Assembly (NCBI GenBank): GCA_002104945.1
Contig: MCFH01000002.1
Location: 1,116,001 to 1,180,000 of the forward strand
Direction of reading: 5' to 3'
DNA from: Piromyces finnis finn
Taxonomy: Eukaryota; Fungi; Neocallimastigomycota
DNA length: 64,000 bases
Below the pieces are notes generated by a model. That model saw only the letters and a list, made by a program, of their open reading frames with translations, did no database searches and was not told where the DNA came from. Of the stretch, positions 1 to 14,084 are shown piece after piece (the stretch's first letter is position 1; each line of letters opens with the position of its first letter). A program made the translations under genes and the position numbers.

Positions 1-1107
1 ATAATGATAACAATGATAATAATAATGATAATAATGTTTTCGATAATGACAATAATAATAATCTTGATAACAATACTATTGATCTAACAAATAATCAAAA
101 CGAACCTGAAATTCCACAACAATGTAAGTATTTTATAAATAATAATAAAGTTTTGATTTTATTAATAAATATAATACATATACAATTATTTATTAGGTAA
201 TATATGTAAGAATTATTATTGCGATAAATACATGGAGAATGGATGTGAAAATATGACAGGAAGACTAGATAAAATAAAAGGTACAAAACAACAATATAAT
301 AATTGTACATTATCATTTCTATATAATATTAATGTTTAAATAATATCCTTTATTTTTTTTTAAAATATCTATATAATAGACTTTTCGGTTGTTGATATAC
401 CTGCGTCAGCCTTTAGATTTAATAATTTTGAAAAACAAATTTTGGTAAACTATCTTGATTCCAAAAATATGACTGTAAATGATTGTTGGAAAAAGTGTAT
501 AGAAAATCTATTAAACAAAAAATTCCAATTAGGTAATATAAATAATAATAATCTAACTCCATGCCCCTATTTGATTAAAAAATAAAATTGTTAAAATTTA
601 ATCTCTTTATACAATAAATATATAAATAATAATTATTTAATTTTTTTTTTCTATAGAAAATATATATTTACGTAATATTCAAGAAGATACTTTTATTTGT
701 TACAATTGTTCTCGACAAGTAAATAAAAAAAAAAAAAGAGAATATTTATTAAAAGTTTATTATTATCATTAATTATAATAAATAATAACAATCCATTTTT
801 TTTTAAAAAAAAAAAACGTTTATATTAATTAGATTTTTTCAGAATTAATTTATCAATATCGTGAAAAAGAAGTTAATAAAGATGATCTTCCAGGTAAATA
901 TAAAATATAAATGTTATTGCTTTTTTGATTTATATATATTTTAAAATGAAATGAAAAATGTACATTCTAATAATATAAATTAATAATAAATTAGAAAATA
1001 TAAGGAATAGACCAGATTGTTGGTATGGTAGAAAATGTCGTACTCAAACAAATAAACAAGATCATGCTAGAAATTATAACCATATTTGTGAACAAACTCA
1101 TTTTTAA
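1..1107 (+). CDS. CHFR: CHFR-like E3 ubiquitin ligase, 3' exons only (Cys-rich domain + C-terminal PBZ zinc finger); gene begins upstream of window
   Basis: Manual splicing of ~6 GT-AG exons gives ...QQCNICKNYYCDKY...AFRFNNFEKQILVNYLDSKNMT...FICYNCSRQIFSELIYQYREK...RPDCWYGRKCRTQTNKQDHARNYNHICEQTHF*. This closely resembles the CHFR C-terminus as I recall it (ELTYQYR, RPDCYWGRNCRTQ...NHICEQT). Confidence 0.8.
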
Positions 1108-1671
1108 AAATTAAAAAAAAAAAAAAATCAAAAAATAAATCAAACCTAAATAATAATAAATAAAATAAAATTTAAGGATATAAAAAAATATTGTTATTTT
1201 AAAACTTTTATATTAATGCATCATACGAATTATTTAAAAATCAAAAATTTAATCATTCTTTTTTCAAAATAGTATTTAAAATTTTTAATTTTTTTATGTT
1301 CATTATTCAATCAATTATAAAATAATATTTCATATAACATTTAATTTATTATCATTTACTCAATTTCCATTTTTAGATCTATATTCCTTAACATATATTT
1401 TTATATTTAGTAAAAAAAAAAAAAAAAAAAAATTTTTTTCTTAATATAAATAATTATTTATTAATTAAAAAATTTTTATTTATATTATAAATCTATTAAA
1501 AAACGTGTATCATCCATCGAATAACAAGGATTGATAAAATTTTATCCATATTTATTGCTATATAGTATAATCTATCAGTTTTTTTTTTTTTTGAATTGCA
1601 TAATGCAGTTAATATATATGCAACTGAATTTAATTAGTTGCACATCTATAGAGTCAAGTTTTCTAAACTAT

Positions 1672-2584
1672 TTAAACAATACCAGCAGCAGGGTCACTAC
1701 CTAATTCAGTAAGGAATCCTCTAACAACAGTAACAGTGTAAATCTTTTTAATATAAATAAATAAATATATATATGTTTATTAATACTTTTAAATAAAAAA
1801 CTTTTAAAATTATATATTCTTTTATATTTTGTTTTACGTACACCAATAATTAAGTGGAATGCAGAAACAATAATACCTAAAATACTGAAGGCTACGATAT
1901 TTGTAACGAAGCCTACAACAGCAAAACAAAAGTTAATAAAAGTGAAGTAGAAGTACCAGGTAACATATTTAGTAATTTTCTATTTCATTATTAAGATTTT
2001 TTTATTTAGCCACTTTGATATTTAACAATATACTTATTATAATTTATTATTTAATAAATACCTTGAATGCACCCCAACAACCAAGACCAGTACAAAGTAA
2101 AGATAATACGGTAATTATAATATTGTATAAGACTCTAAAGAAGGAACCACCAGCACCAAAATTTAAGGCAATTAAAATCTATATAAAAAATAAAATAATT
2201 AATACTTTAAATTTACCTTACTTTCTTACTTTTTAATAAATTAATGTAAAAGTGTGTATATTATCATTTTTTGTTTCCTTTTCTAAAAATGTACTTTTTT
2301 ATAATTTGCTATATAATATATAGATAACTCTTGAATTTTCATACTATAAATTTTTACTTTACTATAATTTTTCTTCTTTGTAAGAGCTATTTTTATCGTA
2401 CATACTTTTTTTTATTATTATTTTCCTTTTAATCTTTTTTTTTAAAAAAAAAAAAATAATTTTTTTTTTTTTGTTACTATTCTAAACTTACAAAGTTAAT
2501 ACCAGCAATAATCATGGTACCATTTCTTAAGTCAGTAAGAGTTAAGAAACTTTTTGGATGGAGTAATGATTCAATAAAACCCAT
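1672..2584 (-). CDS. Small multi-pass (about 4 TM) membrane protein, ~135 aa, unknown family
   Basis: Four exons with GT-AG boundaries: MGFIESLLHPKSFLTLTDLRNGTMIIAGINF / ILIALNFGAGGSFFRVLYNIIITVLSLLCTGLGCWGAFK / KYVTWYFYFTFINFCFAVVGFVTNIVAFSILGIIVSAFHLIIG / TVTVVRGFLTELGSDPAAGIV*. GC is elevated over the flanks. Missed by the ORF track. Confidence 0.7.
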
Positions 2585-5500
2585 TTTTCGTTATTTACTT
2601 TAAATTCTAGTAATATTAATTATACAATAAATTTAAATTATAAATTTTAAAAAAAATGAAAATAAATATTTTTAAAAATTAAATTGATGGCACTATTTTA
2701 TACTTTTTTTTTTATTATTTGTATTTTGTATATAATTAATATTTAATTAATTATGGAAGTATTATTTATTATTAATTATAATATATATAATTTAATATAT
2801 TTAAATATACTGTTTAATTAAAAAAAAACATTCTATAATAGAATAATATTAATATAATTTTATTTTAAAACTATGTCTATAAACTTTATTGTTAATATTT
2901 TATAAAATATGAAAAACAAATATATTGAAATTTTGGTAAAATATGTATTATTCTACTTTATATAATTAATCTTTTTCCAAATTCATAGTTAATAATAAAT
3001 AATATATATAATTTTACTAATAATATTAGGCGTGTTATTGTTAAAAAGAAATAATAAATAATATTTTAAATATTTTAATGAAAGATTTTAATAAAAAAAA
3101 AAGTTTAATTGTGTTTTAAAGATATATCAAATATATCATATAAATAATTATGTATATTACACAATTAATTGTGGCTATGGTATAGGTAATAATAAATATA
3201 CTTGTTAAATAATTAAATAATAATAATTATTAAAATTATTATTTCATGTTAAGTTACTGTATATATGTTATATTATATATGACCATCTTGAACCTTTTCA
3301 AAGAATATATTTAAAAATATTGAATATTATTTAATTTTATGATGAAAGTCTTTTAAAAAAACTTTTTTTTTATTAAGAATCAAATAACAACCTTAAAATT
3401 AAAGTTAAACTATACAATATTTTGTGAATTATAATATTTTTAAATTCTTTCAACTTGTTTCAATTTCTTTTCTTTCAAAAATTATTTCAATTTTAATTTT
3501 ATAAATATCTATATATTATTACAAAGCTTAATTCTAACATCAAAAATTCAAATAATTATACTAATACTAATGAATTTTAAAATAGTCTTCATCAACTTTC
3601 AATTTAAAAATATTCAATAAATATAAAAGGTATATAAATTTATGGTTAATATATATTTTAATTTTATTTTATCAAGTTATTTCATCATGTAAATGATAAA
3701 AATTATTTAGCTATCCTTTAATGCCAATGCTTGATTTACATATATTGTAGTAAAATGCTAAAAAAAAAATTATATGAAATATATTCAATTAAAAAAAAAA
3801 GTATATATTTAAAATTGCTTTTTTTTTTTTTAAATCTTTTATAATATATGGGATAATTAAAAGTGATGAAAAGAGGAGAAGATTTATATTAAATAATTAT
3901 TCATAAAAATAAATGACAGTTTTATAATAAAATGGAATATTATTAATAATAATTGTAATAATAAATAACAATGATCATTTGTTATTGTTATAGATATTAT
4001 AATAATGAAATAAATAAATAATAAAAAAATAACAATAAAAAAATAATGATTTATGATTTATATTAAATAATAAAATTCTATATTCCTATTAGTTTTATAT
4101 TGATAAATGTGGAAAAAGAATATGTTAAAAAGAAAAATAATAGAAATAAATAAAGGGAAAATAGAAATAAAACAAAATTAAAACATAATATAAAATAAAA
4201 GGAGAAGCTTATAAGGTCTATAATATTATCTATATTTTATTACATTATTTTATTGATATTAGTTATTTAAATATAAAAATAAATTATATTAAATCATTTA
4301 TTATATATTATTATTATTTTATTAAATAGTTAACTATGCTTTTATTGTCATTTCTATTATAATAAAAGCATTATGGTTGAATGTAATATCATTTTCTTTT
4401 TCTTTCATTATCTTGCGGCGATTATATTCAAACAAGTCTATTAATTAGTATAAAATGGGCGGTCATCGAATTATTATTTGTTGTACTAAAATTATGTTAC
4501 AAATCATATAATTTTGCTTTGCAAGATAAAACCTATCTCCATAAATTTCTGGATCTCTACGAAATTTTCCTTATTATTATTTTCATGATGAAATAAGAAT
4601 ATTAATATTTAAAGTTTAGTTTTTGTAAAAATAAAAAGGTATAATAACAATTTATTATTAATTTATTTATATTTTAATATAATATATCAATAATATATTT
4701 TAAAATAATTTAACAATCATCTTTCAATTAATTAATTTATACTGTATTAATATAATAATTCTATAGGAGACTTAATTTAAGAAATTTAATTGAATATATT
4801 AATTTATATTATAGTATTATATGGCAGTGATTTATCAAAATGATTTTTTATATTTCTCAATATAATATTATATATATTATTTTAACTGAATATTAAACGA
4901 TGATTAAAATAGTTATAAAATTTTAATTTCTAATAATTTTCAAAGTGTTAAATATGGTAAAATTAAAAATTCTAATATCATTCTCTAATAATAAAATTTG
5001 TAATACGTTCTAATACATATTATAGTAAAATTGTATTTAAAAGAATTATTAAATATACTTTCAAAAAAAAGTTGTAGAAATTATATATTATATATATAGT
5101 TTGTTACTAAATACAATTTTTATTATTATATAACATTTGTTTATTATTTTTTACTATTAAAAATAGGTAATAATAATAATAATAATAATATCAGTATTTT
5201 TTTTATTATTTATTACAATTCATAAACTGTTATAATTATTTATAAAATTTACTATTATTATATTGAAAAAGTAACACAAAAAATTATATTGCAAAAAATT
5301 AATATAATATTATTAAAAAATATTAATTTTTTTTTTTTTATTTTTATATAAAATTTTTATTTTATTTTTTATTTTTTTTTTTTTTGTTAAAATTTTATTA
5401 CTGCTTAGGTAATAAAATTGCTATTAGAAAGTAAAATTTGTTCAATTATAAACATAAAAATAATTATATGAAATAATAAAAATATAATTCATTATCATAA

Positions 5501-5925
5501 CAAAAATAAGAACTTTTATATTTAAAAGTAAAATGAAATATTAATACTCCTAAATAATAACAATAAAATTTAATATTCTAATATTCACAATTAGTTATGA
5601 ATTTTTAAAAAATTTTCAATTGAACAAATTTTACTTGGAAGTGTATTAATATTTATAAATTATTAATATTTCTTCTTAAACATTACAGTTTGATACTCAA
5701 TTAATTAGTTCCAAGAATTCCCAAAAAATATTTAAAAATAAAAATAAAAATTTGAATATTAATAATAAATAGACTCAAGTATTCAAGTACTATTATATAT
5801 TTAATATTGAATAATTTTACTCAATAACATATTAGTATAAAATAAAATATCTTAAATTTATGATTTATCACTATTAATACATTAATACAAAAATAAAAAT
5901 AAAATATAGTTTTCAAATACCAAAG

Positions 5926-5927
<2 letters not shown>

Positions 5928-5976
<49 letters not shown>
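5928..5976. repeat. (AAT)n microsatellite
   Basis: Direct run of aat upstream of the 6027 ATG. Confidence 0.9.
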
Positions 5977-5980
<4 letters not shown>

Positions 5981-6026
5981 TAATAAAACTAAAAACAAAA
6001 AATAAATAATATTATACATTGTGGAA

Positions 6027-7568
6027 ATGGCAGCCGAAGTTAAATCCTCAAAGGCTTTTGATGTCATAATAAATAATGTATTGATTATAAAAAAAAATAT
6101 GATATAATTTTTGTCTTTAAAAAATAATAAATATTAATTTTCTTTTTTCTTTTATTTTTTTATAGAAAAATGATATTGAAGTCAAGAGTATAAATTCAAA
6201 TGATAATATACCATGTATGTTTTTATATTAAATAAAATTTAAAAATAGTTATTATATTATTAATAATTATTCATTATTTATATACATTATTTATATTATT
6301 TTAATATATTTTATTTAATTTTAATGTATAATAGTTGCTTTTCAAAAAAGAGACAAAATTCCTGTAAGTTTAATATTATAGATAGATATTTAATTATAGA
6401 ATTCTATTTTATTTATTCAATTATTTTTTAATCATGTATTAATAAAATATATGATTCATATATAAATGAATAATTATGTATTCATTCTCGTTCTAATAAA
6501 AATCTAACTCTTTAAAATTCAATTAAAAATTTAATATATGTAGTTTGATAATGTAGAAATTACAGTAGAAAAGGAAAAAACAAATAGTTACAGAACAAGC
6601 TCTACATTTTCAGTATCTACTTTAAGCAATTTACCATATGACGAAAGACCAGTACCAACCTTATATAATAAAATAAAAAAAGAAAAGGCAGAAAAAGCTA
6701 AAGCAGAAAAAATTAAAAAAGAAGAAAGAGCTTATAAAACACTTAGTTTAATGGATATATTATCAGAAGAAAAGAAGGCACAACTTTCATGGAAGAAATC
6801 TGTGGTAAATATAATAAATTATTAAAAGCATCAAAAAGTTTTTTTTTTTTTTTAAAAAAAAATAAGAAAATTTACTAAATATTGATTTCATTTATAATAT
6901 TTTATTATTATTATTTAAAAAAGGATGATGGTTTTGGATTAAGACCAAAAAGCGTTGTTAGTAGATCTTCAGCAGCGTACGATAGAAAATTAAATCGTAG
7001 TTCAATGACAATTATGGCAGAAGTAATAAATTCTGATTATTTTGATTCTGGTAGTGAAAGTGAATATGATGATGAAAGTGATGATTTAGAAATTAATGAA
7101 ATTGACAATAAAGACAAAAATAATGTAAAAATAACAGAAAATAATAACTTAACAACTGAAAATGTTAATGAAAATGTTAATAATAATATTACTAAAGTAT
7201 ACCCAGCTGAATGTATTGCTTCAAGTATTGAAGAAATCAAATCAAATCTATGCCAAGTAGAAAATAGTTCAGTACATACTTCAATTGTTACTCAGGAACA
7301 AGTAAAGCATTTATCCCATCAAAGTATATCATTACCAACCTTGGAGAATAAAATCATAAATGTTCCGCAATTAACTATATCATTGGTTTCAGAAAGTGAT
7401 AGTACTAAAACTCCTAGCACAGAAGAACATAAACTTTTAGATTATAACACAAATTCAAATCAACAAAAAAATAAAAAAGGGAAAAAATCTAAAACAAAAA
7501 CCGATAAAAAATCAAAGAAAGTAAAGAAATCAAATGATACGGCATTATGTCAATGCGTAATATCGTAG
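6027..7568 (+). CDS. Hypothetical protein, 5 exons, Lys/Glu/Ser/Asn-rich, no recognisable domain
   Basis: ATG 6027 MAAEVKSSKAFDVIINN, then spliced exons (KNDIEVKS..., FAFQKRDKIP, FDNVEITVEKEK...LSWKKSV) joining the 6882-7568 ORF at DDGFGLRPKSVVSRSS. Confidence 0.6.
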
Positions 7569-7997
7569 TAATATCTTAGATTTCAATGAATACAAATTCA
7601 TTATCATTTAATTTCTTTTTCCCTTTTTTTTTTTTTTTTATTCTTTATTAATTTTATTCATTATTTTTTTTTAAATAAATATTAGTAATGACATCATATA
7701 AGTAATATTTTATTTTAATAATTATTAATTGTCATAATATTACTATATTAAAAAAAAAAAAAAAACGAGGTTAGATATTGATTATAAATCATAAATTATA
7801 AATATATTTTACATTAAGAAAGATATATTTATATTTTTTTTAAAGATTTAATTTTTATTAATAATTAATAGTATTATTAATAAATACTTCATTAATATCA
7901 TTAATATCAAAAATCATAAAACATAAACATAAAATTCATTTTAAAATCATTAACATATATAATAAAAAATATAATTATAGTAAAATAGTAAATAGTA

Positions 7998-8000
<3 letters not shown>

Positions 8001-8040
<40 letters not shown>
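8001..8040. repeat. (AAT)n microsatellite
   Basis: Direct run of aat, intergenic. Confidence 0.85.
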
Positions 8041-8669
8041 TAAAAAAAAATAATAAAAAATAAAATATAAATTAATAAATAATGGCAGATATATTTTAAA
8101 TAATAAATTTAGTATTATAAAATTATTCTTATTAAAATTTAATTCCATAAAAAAATTATAATAAAAAAATTGATTTAAAAATAAAAAAAAGTCTATTTTT
8201 TCATTGATAATTTTTTTTTTATTTCATTTTATCTTTAAAAATATATATATCATTTTTAATAAATTTACATTACAATTTTGTATTTTATAATATTTATATA
8301 TATAATCTTCCCCCTTTTTTTATGTATATTAAACTCATTATCTTTATTATCATTTATTATTTTCTTTTCAATAATCCATAATACAAAATAGCTGAAAAAA
8401 AAAATAATTTCAATACAATAAATTAATAAGAACAATTACTTTGGGTTAATGATAATAATATAATTAAAACAATAATATTTACATGAAATAAAATTACTAT
8501 ATCTTTAAATATATTTCAGTATTGGTTTCTATAACATTAATTATTTTATTATAAAAATATAAAAAAATAACAAAACTTGGAAATTATTAAATCCAGTTGT
8601 ATTTTTATTTTAAACAAACAAGCAAAACAACACTTTTTTAAAGTCGTAAATCTTATAATATTCTTAACA

Positions 8670-10437
8670 ATGACTGCAAATTATTGGGAATCTTCTCAAG
8701 CGTTAGTATAAATTTTTGATAAAAAAAAAAAAAAATGCAATAATTAAAATGAAATTTCAATTTTTAGAAATTATAAAGTTATTTAATGTTCCCTCTTTCT
8801 TACTATTATTGTATTTATTCCACTAAAAAGTCTCAAATGGAAATTGACAAAGGAAGAATTGGAAGAAAATAGAAAGGAAGATTTAAAATACATGACTGAA
8901 AGAGAATATTGGCATTTAAATTATTATTGTTGCAATGGTATTATATTTTAATATCTATAATATATTTCAATGAAATTTATCGCTATCATATAATTAAAAG
9001 TCTTTTGGATATTATTCTTTTTTTTTTTCCCATGCAATTATCTTTATTTATATAAGAAATAATAATTATATGTTAAATCAATTTTTTTAATGAATATTTT
9101 TTAATAAAATATAAATTATTTAATTTTTTTTTTTTTATTTTTTTTTATTTTATTTATAAAATTCAAAAACATTTATAGTTGCTTTTAAAATTGGAAGAAG
9201 TATGCAATTAAGACAAAAAATTATTGCAACAGCATTAACATATTTTAGAAGATTTTATTCAAGGTACAAATAATAAAAAATAATAATATCAAAGTCAAAA
9301 TTTATAATAAACAAAAATTTATATTTGTATTTTAATAATTTAATGGATAAAGTTAATTAATTTGAAATTATATAAATTTTATTATTATTTTATAGAAATA
9401 GTTTTAGAGGTTCCGAACCTTTATTAGTATTAACAACATGCATATATGTTGCAACAAAAATCGAGGAATATCCATTACATATAAAAAATGTAGTTGATGA
9501 AGCCAAAAATGCTGTAGGAGGTATTAATATAAATGTTCTTATATTACAAATTGCATAAAAATTAAGAAAAAATAATAATAGCTATATATATTTAATTAAT
9601 ATTTACAATATAAATTGATATAAATGTAATAGAAACACTTTTTAAATTTGATTGTGCTAATGTAGCAGAATTTGAATTTTATTTAATGGAAGAAATGGAC
9701 TTTTATCTAATTGTACACCATTCTTATAGAACTTTAGTAAAGTAAGTAAACATATAATATAGCATAATATAATATATAAAATATTTTATTTTTATCAAAA
9801 CAATATAATAATAACTGATAATATTATTCATAATCATATTCCCTATTATATTAACTTTATAATTTATTATTATTACTATTATTATAAATATTTATTTTAA
9901 ATAAAGATTAATGTCGGATTTAAAACTTCCAATATCAAGTATACAACAAGCATGGTGGGTTACAAATGATGTTTATAGGACAGATATACCATTATTATAT
10001 CCACCTCATATTATAGCAATCGCAGTTATATTTCTTGTGAGTGTACTTATTCCTGATGCTAACAAATATAAAGATAAAATTAAGGAATGGTTTATTGGAT
10101 TAAATGTAGATATGACGGAGGTAAACTTTATTAATTTATAATAATTAATTTATATCTTTGATTATTTTCAAAAAATAATTAAAGATGTATTTTCATTTAA
10201 AAGTTATTAATAAAATCATTATATATATATATATATATATATATTTATTTATTTATTCATATCAATTAATATTATTAGATTGTTGAAATATCCCAAGAAA
10301 TCATTAATTTCTATGAATTATGGACAGACTTTAATGAAAAAAATATTTACGGTATATTTAAAAAGTTAAGAGTTTCATCATCATACAATGACAATAATAA
10401 CACAACTAAAGCTCATAACGAAAAGAAAAAGAAATAA
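8670..10437 (+). CDS. SSN8: Cyclin C / Srb11 (Mediator CDK8 module), 7 exons
   Basis: Spliced product: MTANYWESSQ...; LRQKIIATALTYFRRFYSR (cyclin box); CIYVATKIEE; AEFEFYLMEEMDFYLIVHHSYR; AWWVTNDVYRTDIPLLYPPHIIAIA. All are cyclin C signatures. Confidence 0.92.
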
Positions 10438-11083
10438 CTAATTTTGAAAATATTCTTTTTATTCATCATATTCATTATTATTATTTAAGCAAAACTAAAA
10501 AATATTTTTTAGATATTAAAAATTTCAATTTTTAGTCAAATTATTTTTCAATAAGCATAAAATAATATATAAAAAAAAAAAAAAAAAAAAAAAAATCACT
10601 ATCATAAAATCTTTTCTTTTTCTATTTAAAAAATTGATAAACAATTCATATATATATATAAATCACCTTTAATCTATACTTTTTTTTCATCATTCATATT
10701 ATAAATTATAAATATTTAGAGAATTTTCTATCAAAATAATCTAAATAAGTTACTACATAGCTTGTTAATATTTAATTTTTTTTTTTTTTAAAAAAAAAAA
10801 AGTACTATTGTATAAACCATTATGTAATTAATATACCATTTACAATATTCTTTCAAAATAATAAAAATAATAAATTACAGTCATATATGATAAATGAATG
10901 TAATATATAATAATAATAAATAAATAAATAAAAAAACAATTCGATATATCATTAAAATTTAATATAATATATATATTATAGTATTTTTTATTTTCTAATT
11001 AATATTATAATTTAAATAGAAAATTTTCTTTATAGTTTTTTTTTTTTTCTATATAATTAATATATAAAGAATACAAAAAATGA

Positions 11084-11086
<3 letters not shown>

Positions 11087-11163
<77 letters not shown>
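11087..11163. repeat. (ATT)n microsatellite
   Basis: Direct run, just past the stop of the 11192-12454 gene. Confidence 0.9.
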
Positions 11164-11165
<2 letters not shown>

Positions 11166-11191
11166 ATATTAAATTTATTTATAAGCTATTC

Positions 11192-12454
11192 TTAGAATAA
11201 AAGAGCAAATACAGCAATAAATATAGTGCCAACAATTTGGTTAATATTTGTCCATGGATCAGTATCAGAGGTTCCAGAAGATACAATGTATGCTTTCTTA
11301 TTTGCGTCTGTATTAAGGTTTTCTACTAAATTATTACTATCGGAACTGCTAAAGTTTTGAACTATTGGGGCTTTACTGTTGCTTGTGTTAGAAGAATCTT
11401 CACTAGAAGTGTCTTCAGCATATGGAACATCATCATCACTACTGTTTTCATCTTCAAGAGATGGTAAAGTTTGTGGTAAATCAGTACTACCTTCACAAAC
11501 ATATCCATTTTTCTTAAGAACATTAATGGCAATGTTTTTATTCTTTTCAATACTCTTACTGAGACATTTCACACTTTCATTATTACCAGTGTAGGTACCT
11601 GGCCATTCACAATTGTTATTGCTAGATTCACAAATCATTCTTAAAGAATATGAATTAGAACCCATATGAACTATTGCATCTTTCTTTGGATTACATTTGT
11701 AATTATAAAGTTGTTTAAGGTAACAACCATTATTAACATTAATTAATTGATTCCATAACCAAGTTGAGAATTCCCACATATCAGAAAGAGTGGCATTTTC
11801 AAGACATTTAGAATCATACTTTTCATAGACATCATCAACAATGGAATAACAAACAGTTTGACCGGTTTTACCTAAAATACGACAGGCTTGATGAAGTTTA
11901 GCACCATTCCAAATCTTAGAATTACCACATTTACTAATAGCTTCATTCATGGATTGTGAAAGTTCACCCTTAATTGAATCAAGACCTTTAGTGAATGCAT
12001 CAATATCAAATTCACTATCACAAGATTGTTCGAAAATACTACTACTAGTAGTTTGTTTAATTAATTTATTAATATTGTATATAGCAGTTACACATTCTTC
12101 ATTATCGTTAATAAGAGTGCCCTTTGGTACAATAAAATTGTCAATGTAATTAAATGATACAGAAGATGGGGTATCATTATCATCATCAGAATTATTTCCA
12201 GTATCCTCATTACCATCAGAAGTATTAATACCATTTATTTTTTCAATATCTGAAGCAGAAACTTCAGTAACTAATGATGAACATCTAACACTTTTACTGC
12301 CATTATTGTTATTATCATCATTTGAACTACTTGTTATCGATCCATCTCTTTTTTTTTTGAAACATCTCATTTTTGCTCCATTTTTACCTATAGTGTAGGT
12401 ATGTGTATAATAGAAGAAAAGACAAAATATAGCTAATATTACTACTTTTCTCAT
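11192..12454 (-). CDS. Intronless secreted, probably GPI-anchored, Cys-rich protein of unknown function (420 aa)
   Basis: Signal peptide MRKVVILAIFCLFFYYTHT; KKKR dibasic site; about 12 Cys in the central domain; Ser/Asp-rich linkers; C-terminal SSG...spacer...hydrophobic tail IVGTIFIAVFALLF. Confidence 0.8.
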   Translation of the reverse strand: MRKVVILAIFCLFFYYTHTYTIGKNGAKMRCFKKKRDGSITSSSNDDNNNNGSKSVRCSSLVTEVSASDIEKINGINTSDGNEDTGNNSDDDNDTPSSVSFNYIDNFIVPKGTLINDNEECVTAIYNINKLIKQTTSSSIFEQSCDSEFDIDAFTKGLDSIKGELSQSMNEAISKCGNSKIWNGAKLHQACRILGKTGQTVCYSIVDDVYEKYDSKCLENATLSDMWEFSTWLWNQLINVNNGCYLKQLYNYKCNPKKDAIVHMGSNSYSLRMICESSNNNCEWPGTYTGNNESVKCLSKSIEKNKNIAINVLKKNGYVCEGSTDLPQTLPSLEDENSSDDDVPYAEDTSSEDSSNTSNSKAPIVQNFSSSDSNNLVENLNTDANKKAYIVSSGTSDTDPWTNINQIVGTIFIAVFALLF

Positions 12455-14084
12455 CTTTATTTTTTTTAATTAAAAAAAATTTTTATATTGTTGAAATAAA
12501 TCAATGATAATAAATGTACTATTATAATTTTTTCGATAGATATAATTATTTGAATCCAAAATAAAACCAAAATTTTAAATTGAAAAAAAAAAAAATAAAG
12601 AAAGAAATAAAAATAAGAATAATAATAATTAATAAATATTGACGAATGAATTGTTTAATATCATTATCAATATCTTATATAAAAATCAAAATTTAATTGA
12701 ATAATTTAAATTATCCAAATAATTAAGGATTAATAAAATGTTAATTATCTTTATAATTTGAATGAAAAAATAAATATTTTGGAAAAGTTTAATAATAATT
12801 ATTATCATAATCAAATATTAACTATATGAGAAAAGATAAAACTACAATAATTAAAGTTAGGTTTAAAAAAGAATTATTATTAATTATTATTATTTTGTCA
12901 ACATTTTATTTATATATTTGATAAATGTTAATAAATAAATTGAATTATTAATTTATATTATTATTTATTTATTTCTTCTTAATAAATAATTAAAAATGTT
13001 TACCAAATTATATTAGTTAATTCTGTTTAGTGATACTATTAAATTTTAATAAAATATAATAGTTAATTTGAATAATTACTTTATTTAAATTATATTTGTT
13101 TTTTTTTTGTTTTTTTTTTTTTTTTTAATTTTATTTTCACTTTATATATATTTCAATTATTTTTTTTTAAATATTTATAAATATTTTATCATTAAAATTA
13201 GACTAACATTAAAAGAAATTATAAGTTGCCTAAGAATTTTAGTAAATAAAATAATAATCTAAGAGATAAAATATAAATAATTTTTTAATTTTTTAATGCT
13301 ATTTTCAAAATTTATTTATTATTACATGTTCATGTTCCTTTCTTTTTATATTAGTAAAAAATAATTAATACCTAGAAATATATTATACATTCTTAGATGT
13401 ACCTAAAAAATACTATATTATAAAAATATTAAAACTAGTTATAATAAAATTTATAGAAATATTTATATATTTCTATAAATTTTATTGTTTTTTTTTTATT
13501 AAAATTTAAGAGGTTAAGCAAATACAAAATATAAAATTGTTTGATTTTTTTTTTTATTATTGTTTTTTGTATAATATAAATCAATTATTAGAATTTTTGG
13601 AGTTAATGATTAGGGTTTTGTAAAAAAAAAAAAAAAAAAAGTATTAACAAGTAAATATATAGCTTTTATTTAAACATTTTTAAAATTTTTAAACTGCTAA
13701 TATGATGTTATTTATACTATTTGTATATTAAATAATATTATTGCACTAATTAAGAAATTCCCAGTAAACTAATTTAATAAAAAATTTTAAACATTATTTA
13801 ATAACATTTCAAATAATTTTTTAAAAACAAGGAAAAAAAAGATAAAAATAAAATTAAAATTTTTAAAAATATTAAAGGTGAAAGTAAAATCTGTTTTTTC
13901 ATTAATAAAAAAAATAACTTTAAAAAACCTTCTTTTTAAATGTTATTATTTTGTTTTTTTTTTTTTTGTTTTGATTTATTTTGTTTGGTATTAAATAATC
14001 TTTAAACAAAATAATCTTTTTTTTTTTTTATTTTATTTTTCGTCTATCTTAATATATAATTGCGCAGTAATATATAAAATAAAA

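Noticed and set aside
4405-4595. Slightly GC-richer patch with a ~60-codon open frame in a long intergenic region
   Set aside because: It has no start codon, no clear splice partners and no recognisable motif.
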